Source of the DNA: Octopus vulgaris
Lineage: Eukaryota
Direction of reading: 5' to 3'
Assembly: GCA_951406725.2 (NCBI GenBank)
Contig: OX597816.1
Location: forward strand, 138,260,001 to 138,324,000
Length of the DNA: 64,000 bases
Shown piece after piece: positions 52,998 to 64,000 of this stretch (the stretch's first letter is position 1; each line of letters opens with the position of its first letter). Made by a program: the position numbers and the translations under genes. The notes below the pieces were generated by a model, which saw only the letters and a program-made list of their open reading frames with translations, had not been told where the DNA came from and did no database searches.

Positions 52998-53049
<52 letters not shown>

Positions 53050-53430
53050 ATATATATATATCGTATCACGCACTTTATACATGTTTATTTATATGTGTGT
53101 GTATATATATAGACATATATGTATGTAACCATATGTCTATATATATATATATATATATATACATACATACATATGTATACACACACATACACACATATAT
53201 ATATACATATGTGTATATATATAAATGTATGTGTATTTTTTTCAATGTTTACAGTAAACACAGAAAAAATATATAATTAGTTACAAGGGTAGCAAACAAT
53301 TCACATAAATACCAAGGATGTAACAGCCTACTTAGAAAGGCAGAAACCCCAGGGTTTAGTGAAATGTTTTTGTATAACATAGATAAATAAATAAATGGAG
53401 TTAAACGCAGGAGATATTCAAATCTTTATA

Positions 53431-53518
53431 CTTTCGACATATGTTTCGAAGAAAACATTGGTATTATTCCAGAAGGAATAAAATTATGTAAAACCATGCA
53501 ATCTTCTCATCAGGGAGA
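53431..53518 (-). ncRNA. Type I hammerhead motif with a long stem II
   Basis: Minus strand CC-CTGATGA-GAAGA...TTATTCC-TTCT-GGAATAA...TCTTC-GAAAC-ATAT-GTC-G; palindromic ACATATGT; stem I weak. Confidence 0.65.
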
Positions 53519-53588
53519 AAAAAGAGAAACAAAACGCATCAATAAGGCATTTTAACCGAATGTGATTACTGCATATATGATGAAGGGA

Positions 53589-53602
53589 ACCAATCTTTTT
53601 AT

Positions 53603-53659
<57 letters not shown>

Positions 53660-53670
53660 AATCTTTTTAT

Positions 53671-53709
<39 letters not shown>

Positions 53710-53720
53710 AATCTTTTTAT

Positions 53721-53772
<52 letters not shown>

Positions 53773-53786
53773 AAGTCTTTTTATCC
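53589..53786 (+). repeat. 16-bp unit ACCAATCTTTTTATCC reiterated between (TA)n tracts
   Basis: Units at 53589, 53657 and 53707, variant at 53771. Confidence 0.9.
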
Positions 53787-54652
53787 CTCACTGCCGTGAC
53801 ATCTAGCAAGTATTTAAGAGAGCAACTTTTTTCAGAAATCTGAGTTTTTTTATACCTGTATCGACAAGTTTATAATTCTATATAAGGCACATTGTTTCAA
53901 TTTCTATATTCTAACTTCTTATTTATTATTTTTGTTGAAGTTTATTTTATTTATCAATTTTTTTTATTTAATCAATCAATTTATTTACTTTATGTCATTT
54001 CTTTTTCGGGAGCACTAAAAATAAACCAATGTTTCGCCAATAAATGATAACAGTGAAATTGTTGTTACCACTGATTGTGATTGATGATGATGACGACGAC
54101 GACGACGATGATAATGATTTTGAGGAGGAGGATTTTGATGACAACGACGACGACGACGACGACGATAATGATGATGATCATGATGATGATGATAATGATG
54201 AAGATGAAGAAGGGTAGGGTGATTATGGTGATAAGAATCGTGCTGATGAAGATGTTTGTGACGGTTGCAGCACGGATAGATGGTTGCAATGACACTGTTT
54301 GTAGTAAAGAGTTAGCTTAATGAGGAAAATGGTGGTGTTAATGGTGGAAGGTGGGCGTGACTGATGCAGTGTTTAACGGATGGTCATAATGGCAATGATG
54401 GTGATGATGATGACTATGCGCTGGTGGAAATAGTGGCATGCCTTGAATCAGTTAAAGAAAATTGTGAAGAGAGAGAAAGGGAAGGACAGAGAGAGAGGGG
54501 CGATGGAGAGAAGAGAGAGGTGGACAGAAAGAGAGGAAGAGAGACAGTGTGAGTATGTGTGTCCGCTTTTAAGCTTTTTATTTATTTATTTATTTATCTA
54601 TTTTTTATAAACTATCACAAAGTATTAAAAAGTTTAATATAAAATAATAAAT

Positions 54653-55126
54653 AAAACCACTACGTACGTTTCATGGCCATAACCCAATTCGAATTACAAT
54701 TAATTTAAATTCAATTAAAAATTCGAATTATAATTATAGTCAATCTTCAGGTTAATGATAATAGTTAAATAAATAAGCAAATATATTTAAACAATATTTT
54801 TAAAAATATAAATAAAATAACAATTCTTCTAATAAAAATCTCTATTATCAAATTAGAAACTTTAAGCAATAGGATTATGTCATACAGGGAAAAATTAGAC
54901 ATAATCCTAATGGTTAAAGTTTCTAATTTGATAATAGAGTTTTTTATTAGAAAAATTATTATTTTATTTATTTTTTTTTAAATATTGTTTAAATATATTT
55001 GCTTATTTATTTAACTATTATCATTAACCTGAAGATTGACTATGATTATAATTCGAATTTTTAATTGAATTTTAATTAATTGTAATTCGAATTGGGTTAT
55101 GGCCATGAAACGTACGAAGTGGTTTT
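54653..55126. mobile_element. Fold-back element, ~229-bp arms and 16-bp spacer, with a hammerhead motif at each outer end
   Basis: Arms 54653-54881 / 54898-55126; CTGAAGA...GAAAC-GTAC-GTA on minus (54655-54756) and CTGAAGA...GAAAC-GTAC-GAA on plus (55023-55124). Confidence 0.85.
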
Positions 55127-55655
55127 AATAGAAGAATGAGAACGTTACTCCCAAAACGCCGTAATCATCAGATGAAACGCAATGTTACCCCTTTCTGGTC
55201 GATGTCTAGCAGTAAATGTGGTTTACAAATGTGATATTATAATGGACACCAATACTTATACCTGTATCGGCTGATCCATAAATCTTGAGGAGTACTTACG
55301 TAACCACTGTTCTTCCTTCAAATTAAGACATAGGGCCGGCAGGACTTCTCTAACCACGAAGATGTGGGAGCTCAAGGACTTGTTAAATTTGAGTTGAAAC
55401 ATCATTAGAGTCGCTAAACTGTACTTAAACAGCAGATACGGGCGCACGCTTTGCTGCATGGAGCTGTTTGAAATTTCAAAGAGATCAAATAGTAAAATTT
55501 ACTAAATGATAACCTAGACCTTCGTCTTTCCTGTATATATATGGCTACCCGCAAGTTTAAATGCTTTAAACAACCTCTATAATAGCTCCTAACCTCTATA
55601 ATAGCTCCTAACCTAGGGCCAATCTAATTTATTCGCTCTATTATTGACCCAATGT

Positions 55656-55930
55656 GGAGGCACATGGCCTAGTGGTTAGAGCAGCGGACTCGCGGTCGAA
55701 GGATCGCGGGTTCGAATCTCAGGCCGGGCGATGTGTGTGGTTATGAGCGAAACACCTAAGCTCCATGCAGCTCCGGCAGAAGGTAATGGCGAACTTCTGC
55801 TAATTCTTTCGCCACAACTTTCTCTCACTCTTTCCTCCTGCATCTTGCAGCTCACATGCGACGGACCGGCGTCCCGTCCAGATGGGGAACCTATACGCCT
55901 TATGAGCCAGGCATGGCTCGAGAAGGAACA
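55656..55930 (+). mobile_element. tRNA-derived SINE (family D, related to C)
   Basis: A box TGGCCTAGTGG (55665), B box GGTTCGAATC (55709); 3' segment GGACCGGCGTCCCGTCCAGATGGGGAA shared with ~52560. Confidence 0.8.
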
Positions 55931-56962
55931 ATCAATTATTATTCCAATAGTCGATCTATCTGCCTATTTGTTTTTGAGTGCTTCTAGTCTGGTTTCCCTT
56001 TACTATTATTTTCTAATCGCTCTTAATATACTTGCATGGTATGCTATATTGAAGCAACTAACCATTCTGTGGTGTACCCAGTATTATGCATTAGCGATAG
56101 GAAATATATCTAACCTAGAAGTAGCAGCCTGCACACCCTAGCCAGGTCTTTTCCAATTATACTAGGTAAGTAATCCTTACACCAAGACACTGTTATTTGT
56201 GCTGCGCTGATTAAACGACAAATAGAACACACTATCCAAACCCCTTACCCGCGACTATTATCAGGAGTTGCTTTACCTGATTTACACGATGGAGATTATA
56301 TTAATTAAATAATATCATCGCCATCTGTTTAACATTCTATATTGTTTAATCATTAGACTACTCCCTACTGCTGGCTTTCTTAAATATCCGATCTGGTCTT
56401 TCCTCTAACTTTGTATTACGTTTAGTTTATTATACGACCTCTTCCTCCTTGATAAGTAGTACTCTACTATTACTACCAGCTTTTTCATCTCCTGGAAAAC
56501 ATGTCCTAATATTACAAGTGATCCCGGACTGCCCCAAATGCATTTTCGTATATAAAACAACACCCTTCTTCTTTCCTCTTCACACTTCACATTACAATTC
56601 CATAAAAGTTAGACCTTATTATTCGATTGCCATCGTACCACCCCCTCCCCAACTTTCAACCAATATTCACAAAATACCCTTAAATTCTGTGTATCTTCGT
56701 CCTCCTGCCTTTGTCCTTTATTCTTAGCCAGTAAACCCCAAACCCTGACCCAATGGCTTGTATGCTTTTATTTTTCTTCACCCTTACTTTTGCTTTGTTC
56801 TTTTTCTCTTTATCCTTAATTTATATTATGTCATCTCCTTGCTACCCACTGCTCTAAGCCTACTATAATAAAATATCACCTACACCCCACACAAGCCTAA
56901 GAATCAGTCTAGCAGACACCTATCTCACCCGGGTCGCTAAATTTAGATATCATATTACACAC

Positions 56963-57199
56963 TTTCTATTTCTTTACTACCCACAAGGGGCTAAACAGAG
57001 AGGGGACAAACAGGGACAGACAAAGAGATTAAGTCGATTATATCGACCTCAGTGCGTAACTGGTACTTATTTAATCGACACCGAAAGGATGAAAGGCAAA
57101 GTCGACCTCGGCGGAATTTGAACTCAGAATGTAACGGCAGACGAAATACGGCTACGCATTTCGCCCGGCGTGCTAACGATTCTGCCAGCTCGCCACCTT
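56963..57199 (-). mobile_element. Full-length SINE A
   Basis: TATTTCTTTACTACCCACAAGGGG...TCTGCCAGCTCGCCACCTT. Confidence 0.9.
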
Positions 57200-57354
57200 C
57201 ACGAACTTTGTTAGTCATTCTCCCATTTCATAGTTGGCGCCGACAGATTTCAGCCACATCTTTGCTGTATTATTGAGATATTCTTTGGTTTGTAAAATTG
57301 TTTCATCGTATGATTACGGTTTTTTTGTAATGGAGTAATATTCCCATTCTTCTA

Positions 57355-57880
57355 TTAAAAAGATGAGTAAGAAACAGCTGTAATGAGCTGACCAAATTAT
57401 TTCACCTTTCACCTTAAAAGGAAGATAGGGTTGGAGAGAAAATGCCTGACGGTGAAAATGTTTGAAAATCGATGGAAGAATGTAACACGGATGTTGCGAG
57501 TGAATGTAACCCCATGAATGCGACGCAGGATGTATCTCAGGTATCAGTAGCGAGGCGGGGCTCGTGGGGGTCCGAATTGAACCCACATTCCACTCCATCC
57601 GTAATGTCTTCCGGTCTATCCTATCATTCGATTTATTTATATTTTTGTGAATTTTTAATGTCATCTTTATGTTATATCCATCCGTCCATCTGACCCCAAT
57701 CAGATTGTATTGTCCCTTATCTATGTTGTCCCCTAGTGGGAAATTAAAAAAAAAAAACACTCTTTCATCGTATGTTATCAATCATCTAATTATAATATAC
57801 CAAGGGGATTTACGACATGTCGGACACCTTAGAGTATACCAACAACGTACAATTCAACGTAACGCGTGATTTGGACCAGC
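57355..57880 (+). mobile_element. Interspersed repeat; an internally deleted copy lies at 22915-23072
   Basis: Shared TAAGAAACAGCT(G/A)TAATGAGCTGAC and GGATTTACGAC...AGAGTATACC.ACAACGTACA.TTCAACGTAAC.CGT.ATTTGGACCAG. Confidence 0.7.
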
Positions 57881-58044
57881 TCCTAGGCGCTAATTACTCA
57901 TACGGCTGATTTTCTATGTGTATGTAACCGGAATATCCTATTTAATACGTACCAACCATCGGCCGGAATCACAGAGATTATCCAGCCCTACCTGGTGCAT
58001 ATCTTTTCAAGTACCTGATTCTATCTGAATCATTATTTTACTAT

Positions 58045-58448
58045 ATACTCTTTTACTTGTTTCAGTCATGTCACTGCGGCCATGCTGGAGCACCGCCTTT
58101 AGTCGAGCAAATCGACCCCAGGACTTATTTTTTGCAAGCCTAGTACTTATTCTATCGGTATCTTTTGCCGAACCGCTAAGTTACGGGGACGTAAACACAC
58201 CAGCATCGGTTGTCAATGGATGTTGGGGAACAAACAGACACACACACATATATATATACATATATACGACGGGCTTCTTTCAGTTTCCGTCTACCAAATG
58301 CGCTCACAAGATTTTAGTCGGCTCGAGGCTATAGTAGAAGACACTTGCACAAGGTGTCACGCAGTGGGACTGAACCCGGAACCGTGTGGTTGGTAAGCAA
58401 GCTACTTACCACACTCCTATGCCTATATACACAGCCACTCCTGCGCCT
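58045..58448 (-). mobile_element. Full-length SINE B
   Basis: Tail CTCTTTTACTTGTTTCAGTCA to head ACAGCCACTCCTGCGCC. Confidence 0.9.
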
Positions 58449-58522
58449 GTACATATATATATATATAACTTAAATACATACATATACATTATATAATTTA
58501 TATACATGTATATGTATATATC

Positions 58523-58584
<62 letters not shown>

Positions 58585-58754
58585 TATCTATATATATATA
58601 CATATATATATATATCTATATATACATATACATATATATATCTATATATATATATACATATATATATATACATATATATATATATATCTATATATACATA
58701 TACATATATATATCTATATATACAGATATATACATATATATACATATATATATC

Positions 58755-58821
<67 letters not shown>

Positions 58822-59019
58822 AGGAACCCCATGGTATACTACTAAGCAGTCAATGGTGTTAGAGAGCATAAAGATTAAAGCTGTAGTTGAGAAAAAGTTA
58901 ATAGGAATGGAAGCCATTTCAATATTGGAAAAGAGTTACTTACATCATAATGATTCGCGCCGGTTGTCAAAATGCTGACATCATCACCCGTTGTTCAATA
59001 CCCTGTTAACACTGAAGGC

Positions 59020-59330
59020 TGTATGACATCACATGGACACGATGAAAATCAAATTTCCTAAAATGCTGTCGGCTTTTTAGTGTGTCACTAGTGAGAGTGA
59101 CCTCATGCCGCCCCCACATCCTTGAGTATGCAATTAGACTCAATTCAGACAACTATTTGAAGCTGGTGGAGGTTGTAGTGAAACTCTGGCTGGAGAGGGT
59201 AGCTGTTGGAAAGCCATACGTGTGATAGCAGGATTCGGCTTCGGGAAGAATCAGAAATGGTAATCAGAGAATTTCTATGATTTCCCTAGTCCCAGTGTGG
59301 CTTCTTAATTCCCTCTATTACGTCTGTCCC
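59020..59330 (+). mobile_element. Decayed Tc1/mariner transposase fragment (DD37D/DD41D-like)
   Basis: SESDLMPPHIL...RLNSDNYLKLVEVVVKLWLERVAVGKPYV**QDSAS matches G.VMPP.F...YV.QQDSAP. Confidence 0.7.
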
Positions 59331-60456
59331 TCCAACACAATATCTCAGCCTGGTAGACATATTATCTCTTCCAACAAGAGTACCTGAACGTGGTATCTAA
59401 AATGTTGCAAATATCAGTGAAGTTTCCTACAAACAATCAAACAATGCCTTTGTCTTATTTATGTTTATACATATGAACCAACAAGCGAGACTTTTGTTTA
59501 TTAATTGGACGTCATTTATAGCAGCCAACTCGCTGCTATATCCTAAAATGCCTGGGTAATTCTCTTAGTCTTTCAATATTTCGCAAATAATCGTTTATGA
59601 ATATTTCGATAAGAATGATATCTATATTCTTAATTAAATTTATACAACTGTCATTAAATTATTCAGTAGGTCAATAAAATTGTAATAAACGAAATAAACT
59701 GCTGTATATTTGACCTTACACGCGACCTATCATTCTAGAGGGGCGTTAGGACAGAATTTTGTCTAAGATTAAACAATAGGAACAATATGGCCAACAGAGA
59801 CGCTTTTTCAGATGTTTGTCCACTCTCTTCCACTTCCTCTGACTCTTTCTTATTCCTTCCTACTTCTTATATCTGCTATTATTCCTTCTGTTTTAATTGC
59901 ACCTTTCTGTTGTCCTTTCATCCCAAAACATTCATGTTGAACACATGCTTTGATTTGTCAGCCTCTTTAGGTGTCTTTCGACCAACTCTTAATTTCATTT
60001 TCCTTCGCGCTATCCACCCCTCGTTTGTTTCCACATAAGTCGAAAGATGCATTTATTAAGATTTATTTCTCAATGTTCGTTTTTCCGCGTTGTTTAACTT
60101 TCGTCATATTTCTGTGTCGTCTATGTTTTAAATTGAAAGACATCATAGTAGCGTGTTTCATAACCTAATGATGTTTATAATCACTAATAATATCCATATA
60201 ACCCGCCTACAATGCCAAAACCGTTATGACTTAGAATAGCAACATGGCTGACAGAGGGAATTTTCCATGACCTTAGTCGTCCAGCTCTTCATTGTACTGG
60301 TTAGTGACACTGAAAATTGCAGTACTAACATTACTGATTCTACAACTGCTGCTGCTCCTCCCCTTCTTCCTCCCCTTCCTCCTCCACTTCCTCCTATTCC
60401 TCTTCTTCTTCCTCCTCCTCCTCCTCCTCCTCCTCCTCCTGCTCCTGCTCCTCCTC

Positions 60457-60488
<32 letters not shown>

Positions 60489-60519
60489 GCTACTACTACT
60501 ACTACTAATCATGATAATA

Positions 60520-60710
60520 ACAATCCTTTCTACTAAAGGCACAAGGCCTGAAATTGAGGAGAGGGGGTAGTCGATTACATCGACCCCAGTACTCAACTGG
60601 TATTTAATTTATTGACCCTGAAACGAAGAAAGGCAAAGTCGACCCCGGTGGAATTTGAACTAAGAACATAGCGAAGGGCGAAATACCACTAAGCAATTCG
60701 TCCAGCGTTG
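60520..60710 (-). mobile_element. SINE A copy
   Basis: CCTTTCTACTAAAGGCACAAGGCC...AAGGCAAAGTCGACCCCGGTGGAATTTGAAC. Confidence 0.8.
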
Positions 60711-61349
60711 TTCGTATTAATATTATCGTACTAGAGACAAATGTAATTACTATAAATATTGGGTTTAACAGAGTGACTCTAAACAACATAGATTATAAAT
60801 TATTCGGTGGTGGGGATGCAATTCCGTTGCATACAACTGCGACTTGGAATGTTTTGATATATATTTTTTTCTTACATTGTCGTATTTTCATATTTCCGAC
60901 AAATGTCATTTGTACTCTGGTTATAAAATATTCATGTCAGTCATACATATATGAGACAATCATAAGTAGTGATGGCAGTTGTACCTTAACCATTGAGACG
61001 GTATTTACAAATAGTTTACTTTTTAAAAACGGTTCATAGATGTACGACAAAGAGCAAAAAACAAGTAAACTAGCAAATAGGGATACGAGCACGAAAAATA
61101 TGTTTCCACTTCGACAGGAGCAGAGCGACTAGATTTCTGAAGCACTGAGCTGGCTTTCGAAATACACCTCAAGTAGATGCTAGTAAATGATTGAAATGAC
61201 ATCTTATACGGGAGGCAGGGATTGGCTTGCGCTAATGATTATGAAGTTGCATGCAAGAACCTCTCAAAGTTGATCTTGCATCTTTACGTGTTTGGCAAAT
61301 ATCGACTCAACTACACGAATCCGCTAACAGGTATCAACCACATAGTATG

Positions 61350-61546
61350 CAGGGGTAGCGATGCAAAAGTAGGTATATAGTAAGTATCATATGAATGTTA
61401 TAAATTAGCCTCATTTTTGATATTTTCAGTGTCATTAATCATAATAATACATTTATCATAATCATAATAATACTTTTATAAACATAAATGAGTATTGTAC
61501 CTGATTTCTTTTCCCATAACTGTATACCTACTTTTGCACCACCCAG
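61350..61546. mobile_element. Tc1-like MITE
   Basis: Inverted repeats TGCAAAAGTAGGTATATAGT (61362-61381) / ACTGTATACCTACTTTTGCA (61519-61538); TA after CAG on the right. Confidence 0.7.
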
Positions 61547-62448
61547 TATAAAAGCGGCATTTCTAGAAGAGTGGATAGAGATAGCGTGATTTGTCTACAT
61601 TTCCGATTCGGTGTTTACAGAATTTTCAAGTTCATGATACGGGCTAAACGTAGATCGAAACATGAAGCTGAAGACTTTGTTTACGGCGGAGACGACAAGG
61701 CAGAATTAACGAATTAATGAGGTGGGTTTTGACGATGCCAATCACAAATATTAGATGACAAGTAAGCCCGGAGAAGAAAATGAAGAAAATTAGTGCTGAA
61801 TCTGTAAGCTGAATTAAGTAGCTAACTTACAAAAGAGTTCAGAGCCGAAGTGGTAGGGTCGAAAATGGCATTTGAACAATTCTACGACTCTAAACACAAA
61901 AGCTACACTCAGCGAGCTAAATCGCGTGTGTACAAAAGACTGGTGAGCGCTAAAGCCGCCAGATGATCCGAAGTAGCAGATGTACGATGTGACGACTTAC
62001 TAAAAACAAAATGAAAAGGGCGGATCACATAGGCCATGTAATACTTGAGTTCAAGATGTGGGCTGCTTTTCTGCGGTACTTTACTGAGATGTTCGCGAGA
62101 AATGACAAACTGCAGACGGAGGTCTTCGATGTCCGCGTCGATTATTTGTCGCGAGCCTCTGCGTCGGAACAAACGGCATAGGAATTTGATTCAACTTTTG
62201 AAAATAGCGATGATACATTAATTTGAAAGACATGTTGAAGCGTGGTAGTGTTATCCGTCCCGGTTCAGTCGCATAAACTTCAAAAGGCAAGAAAAAGAGA
62301 AGACAAACTAACTTGTGATAAATCTCTTGCGCTACTCTAAGTTCTGTGGCTAATTTTACTTTTCATTCTTCAGTAACCGATAAACTAGAATACCAGTGAA
62401 GTACTGCGGTTGATTTTATCGAAGCCCTAATCTTAAATTACTCGGCTT

Positions 62449-62501
<53 letters not shown>

Positions 62502-62660
62502 AGGAAGCAGCATTAGAGGTCATAATAGTTGTTGAATTTTGCTTTAGTTGGTTTTTGAAAGCACCTTCACACAAGAGAACATATACTGTGAATAATCTTT
62601 CACTTCTCGTATGTAAAAATGAAGGGAAGGGGAGGGAAGATAGAATGATAGGATGAACTG

Positions 62661-62719
<59 letters not shown>

Positions 62720-63136
62720 AAAATAGAAAAACAGATTGGAATAAAGTATCGAGGAATAGAGACGTAAAACAGAGAAGGAGCTCAGAATGTTTAATTATGT
62801 TTTGTTGCTTGAAGGTTCATTAGAATTAGTTTAAGGAGTCGAATATATAGATATAATATCAAATAAACTGAGCGATTATAAAATCAAACGACGGAAAATA
62901 CGCTATAAAGCAAAATAAAAATGACTGCCTTCAAAATATTGTGCACGTCGTGTTGCTGCCGATGTGTATGGTGACAGCTAAGACTTGCTTATGTCATCTA
63001 AACAGAGCAAAAGTCAAGGAGTTACCAATGACGAGTGCAACTGACAATACTCCTTAAAACGTTGAGAGCTTTTGCTACTATTCAACAAAAGGATACATAT
63101 TCCATGAATACATGCATACATACGCACTTGCACACT

Positions 63137-63229
<93 letters not shown>

Positions 63230-63233
<4 letters not shown>

Positions 63234-63420
63234 CAAAATGGGACAAGAACGCAAAACATCCGGACAACTAGGTGATGCAAAAGGGAACAACAAAACTACC
63301 AGATAGACGATACAAAAAAAAAAGACGGACGGATCATTCGAGGCCTTTTATCTTCAGTCAAGAACCGGATCATCCTCGCAATTTCGGCTGATTAATCTTG
63401 AGATTGCTCCGATCTGGCCA
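63230..63420 (-). mobile_element. 5'-truncated copy of the permuted-hammerhead element, ending in (TA)n
   Basis: Same tail (TGGGACAAGAACG, GACGATACAAAAAA, ACGGACGG) and motif as at 39.1 and 40.5 kb. Confidence 0.8.
63341..63417 (-). ncRNA. Candidate non-circularly permuted hammerhead ribozyme (AUC site)
   Basis: Minus strand CCAGATC-GGA-GCAAT-C-TCAAGA-TTAAT-CAGCC-GAA-ATTGC-GAGGAT-GATCCGG-T-TCTTGA-CTGAAGA-TAAAA-GGCCT. Confidence 0.65.
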
Positions 63421-63868
63421 TACTTGAAATCAGAATATCTGAAATAAACTCGACTGCTCTCTCAAACAAGAATACTAAAAATGAACCCGAGCGCTCTCGT
63501 GGTATGTTCTTGAGAACACATTCTTCGTGGTAATGGCGATTTAACGTCTATGTTTAGCATATAGGGTGTCCACTTTAGTGGTCATTACTCTTAATTTTGT
63601 ATATATATATATATATTCGCACATTCATACATACTTATATACATGAATGAATGCATGCATACTCAAGTACATTTGTACCAACATACACATACACACCTAC
63701 ATGTGCACATAGTGTGTACTCATTATATGTGAGTGCGTGTGTCTGTATAGGCACGAATATATGTAAATAGATTTGCGATTAAACATGTGCATGCGTATAT
63801 GTATATAAATGTGTGTGTATATGTGTGTATATATGTGTGTAGGAGTGAATCTGTGTATGTGTATGTAG

Positions 63869-63954
63869 GTACATATGTACTTAAGTGTACTGGGGTACAT
63901 ATGTACTTCAGTACATATGAACTTCAGTACATATGGACTTCAGTACATATGTAC
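63869..63954. repeat. 16-bp minisatellite with palindromic core GTACATATGTAC
   Basis: About 5 units of GTACATATG(T/A/G)ACTTCA. Confidence 0.85.
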
Positions 63955-64000
63955 ATGAGTAACATATATAAATATATATATATATACATATTTCAGTCAT

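Noticed and set aside
55656-55730. tRNA gene (also 52404-52475)
   Set aside because: A and B boxes are present, but there is no closing acceptor stem and a SINE body follows.
61900-62300. High-complexity ORFs (87 and 69 aa) as a host gene exon
   Set aside because: No recognisable family motif or convincing splice boundaries; the two ORFs overlap in different frames.

Overview
AT-rich, microsatellite-saturated eukaryotic non-coding DNA (intron or intergenic). The SINE families and repeat density suggest a coleoid cephalopod such as Octopus (inference). No intact protein-coding gene is supported: almost all listed ORFs are microsatellite or SINE artefacts. The window holds decayed R4/Dong-type (RLE) and L1/Tx1-type LINE pieces, a Penelope-like GIY-YIG fragment, Tc1/mariner relics and MITEs, a non-autonomous Helitron, dozens of tRNA-derived SINE copies, and many fold-back inverted repeats at (TA)n tracts. 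The main hidden signal is RNA structure. Several (TA)n-flanked elements carry minimal type I hammerhead ribozyme (HHR) motifs. One family (4 copies, at 22.7, 39.1, 40.5 and 63.4 kb) carries all three hammerhead core strands in a non-circularly permuted order (NUH, then GAAA, then CUGANGA), with compensatory base changes in stems I and III between subfamilies. All coordinates were counted by hand and no database search was run.
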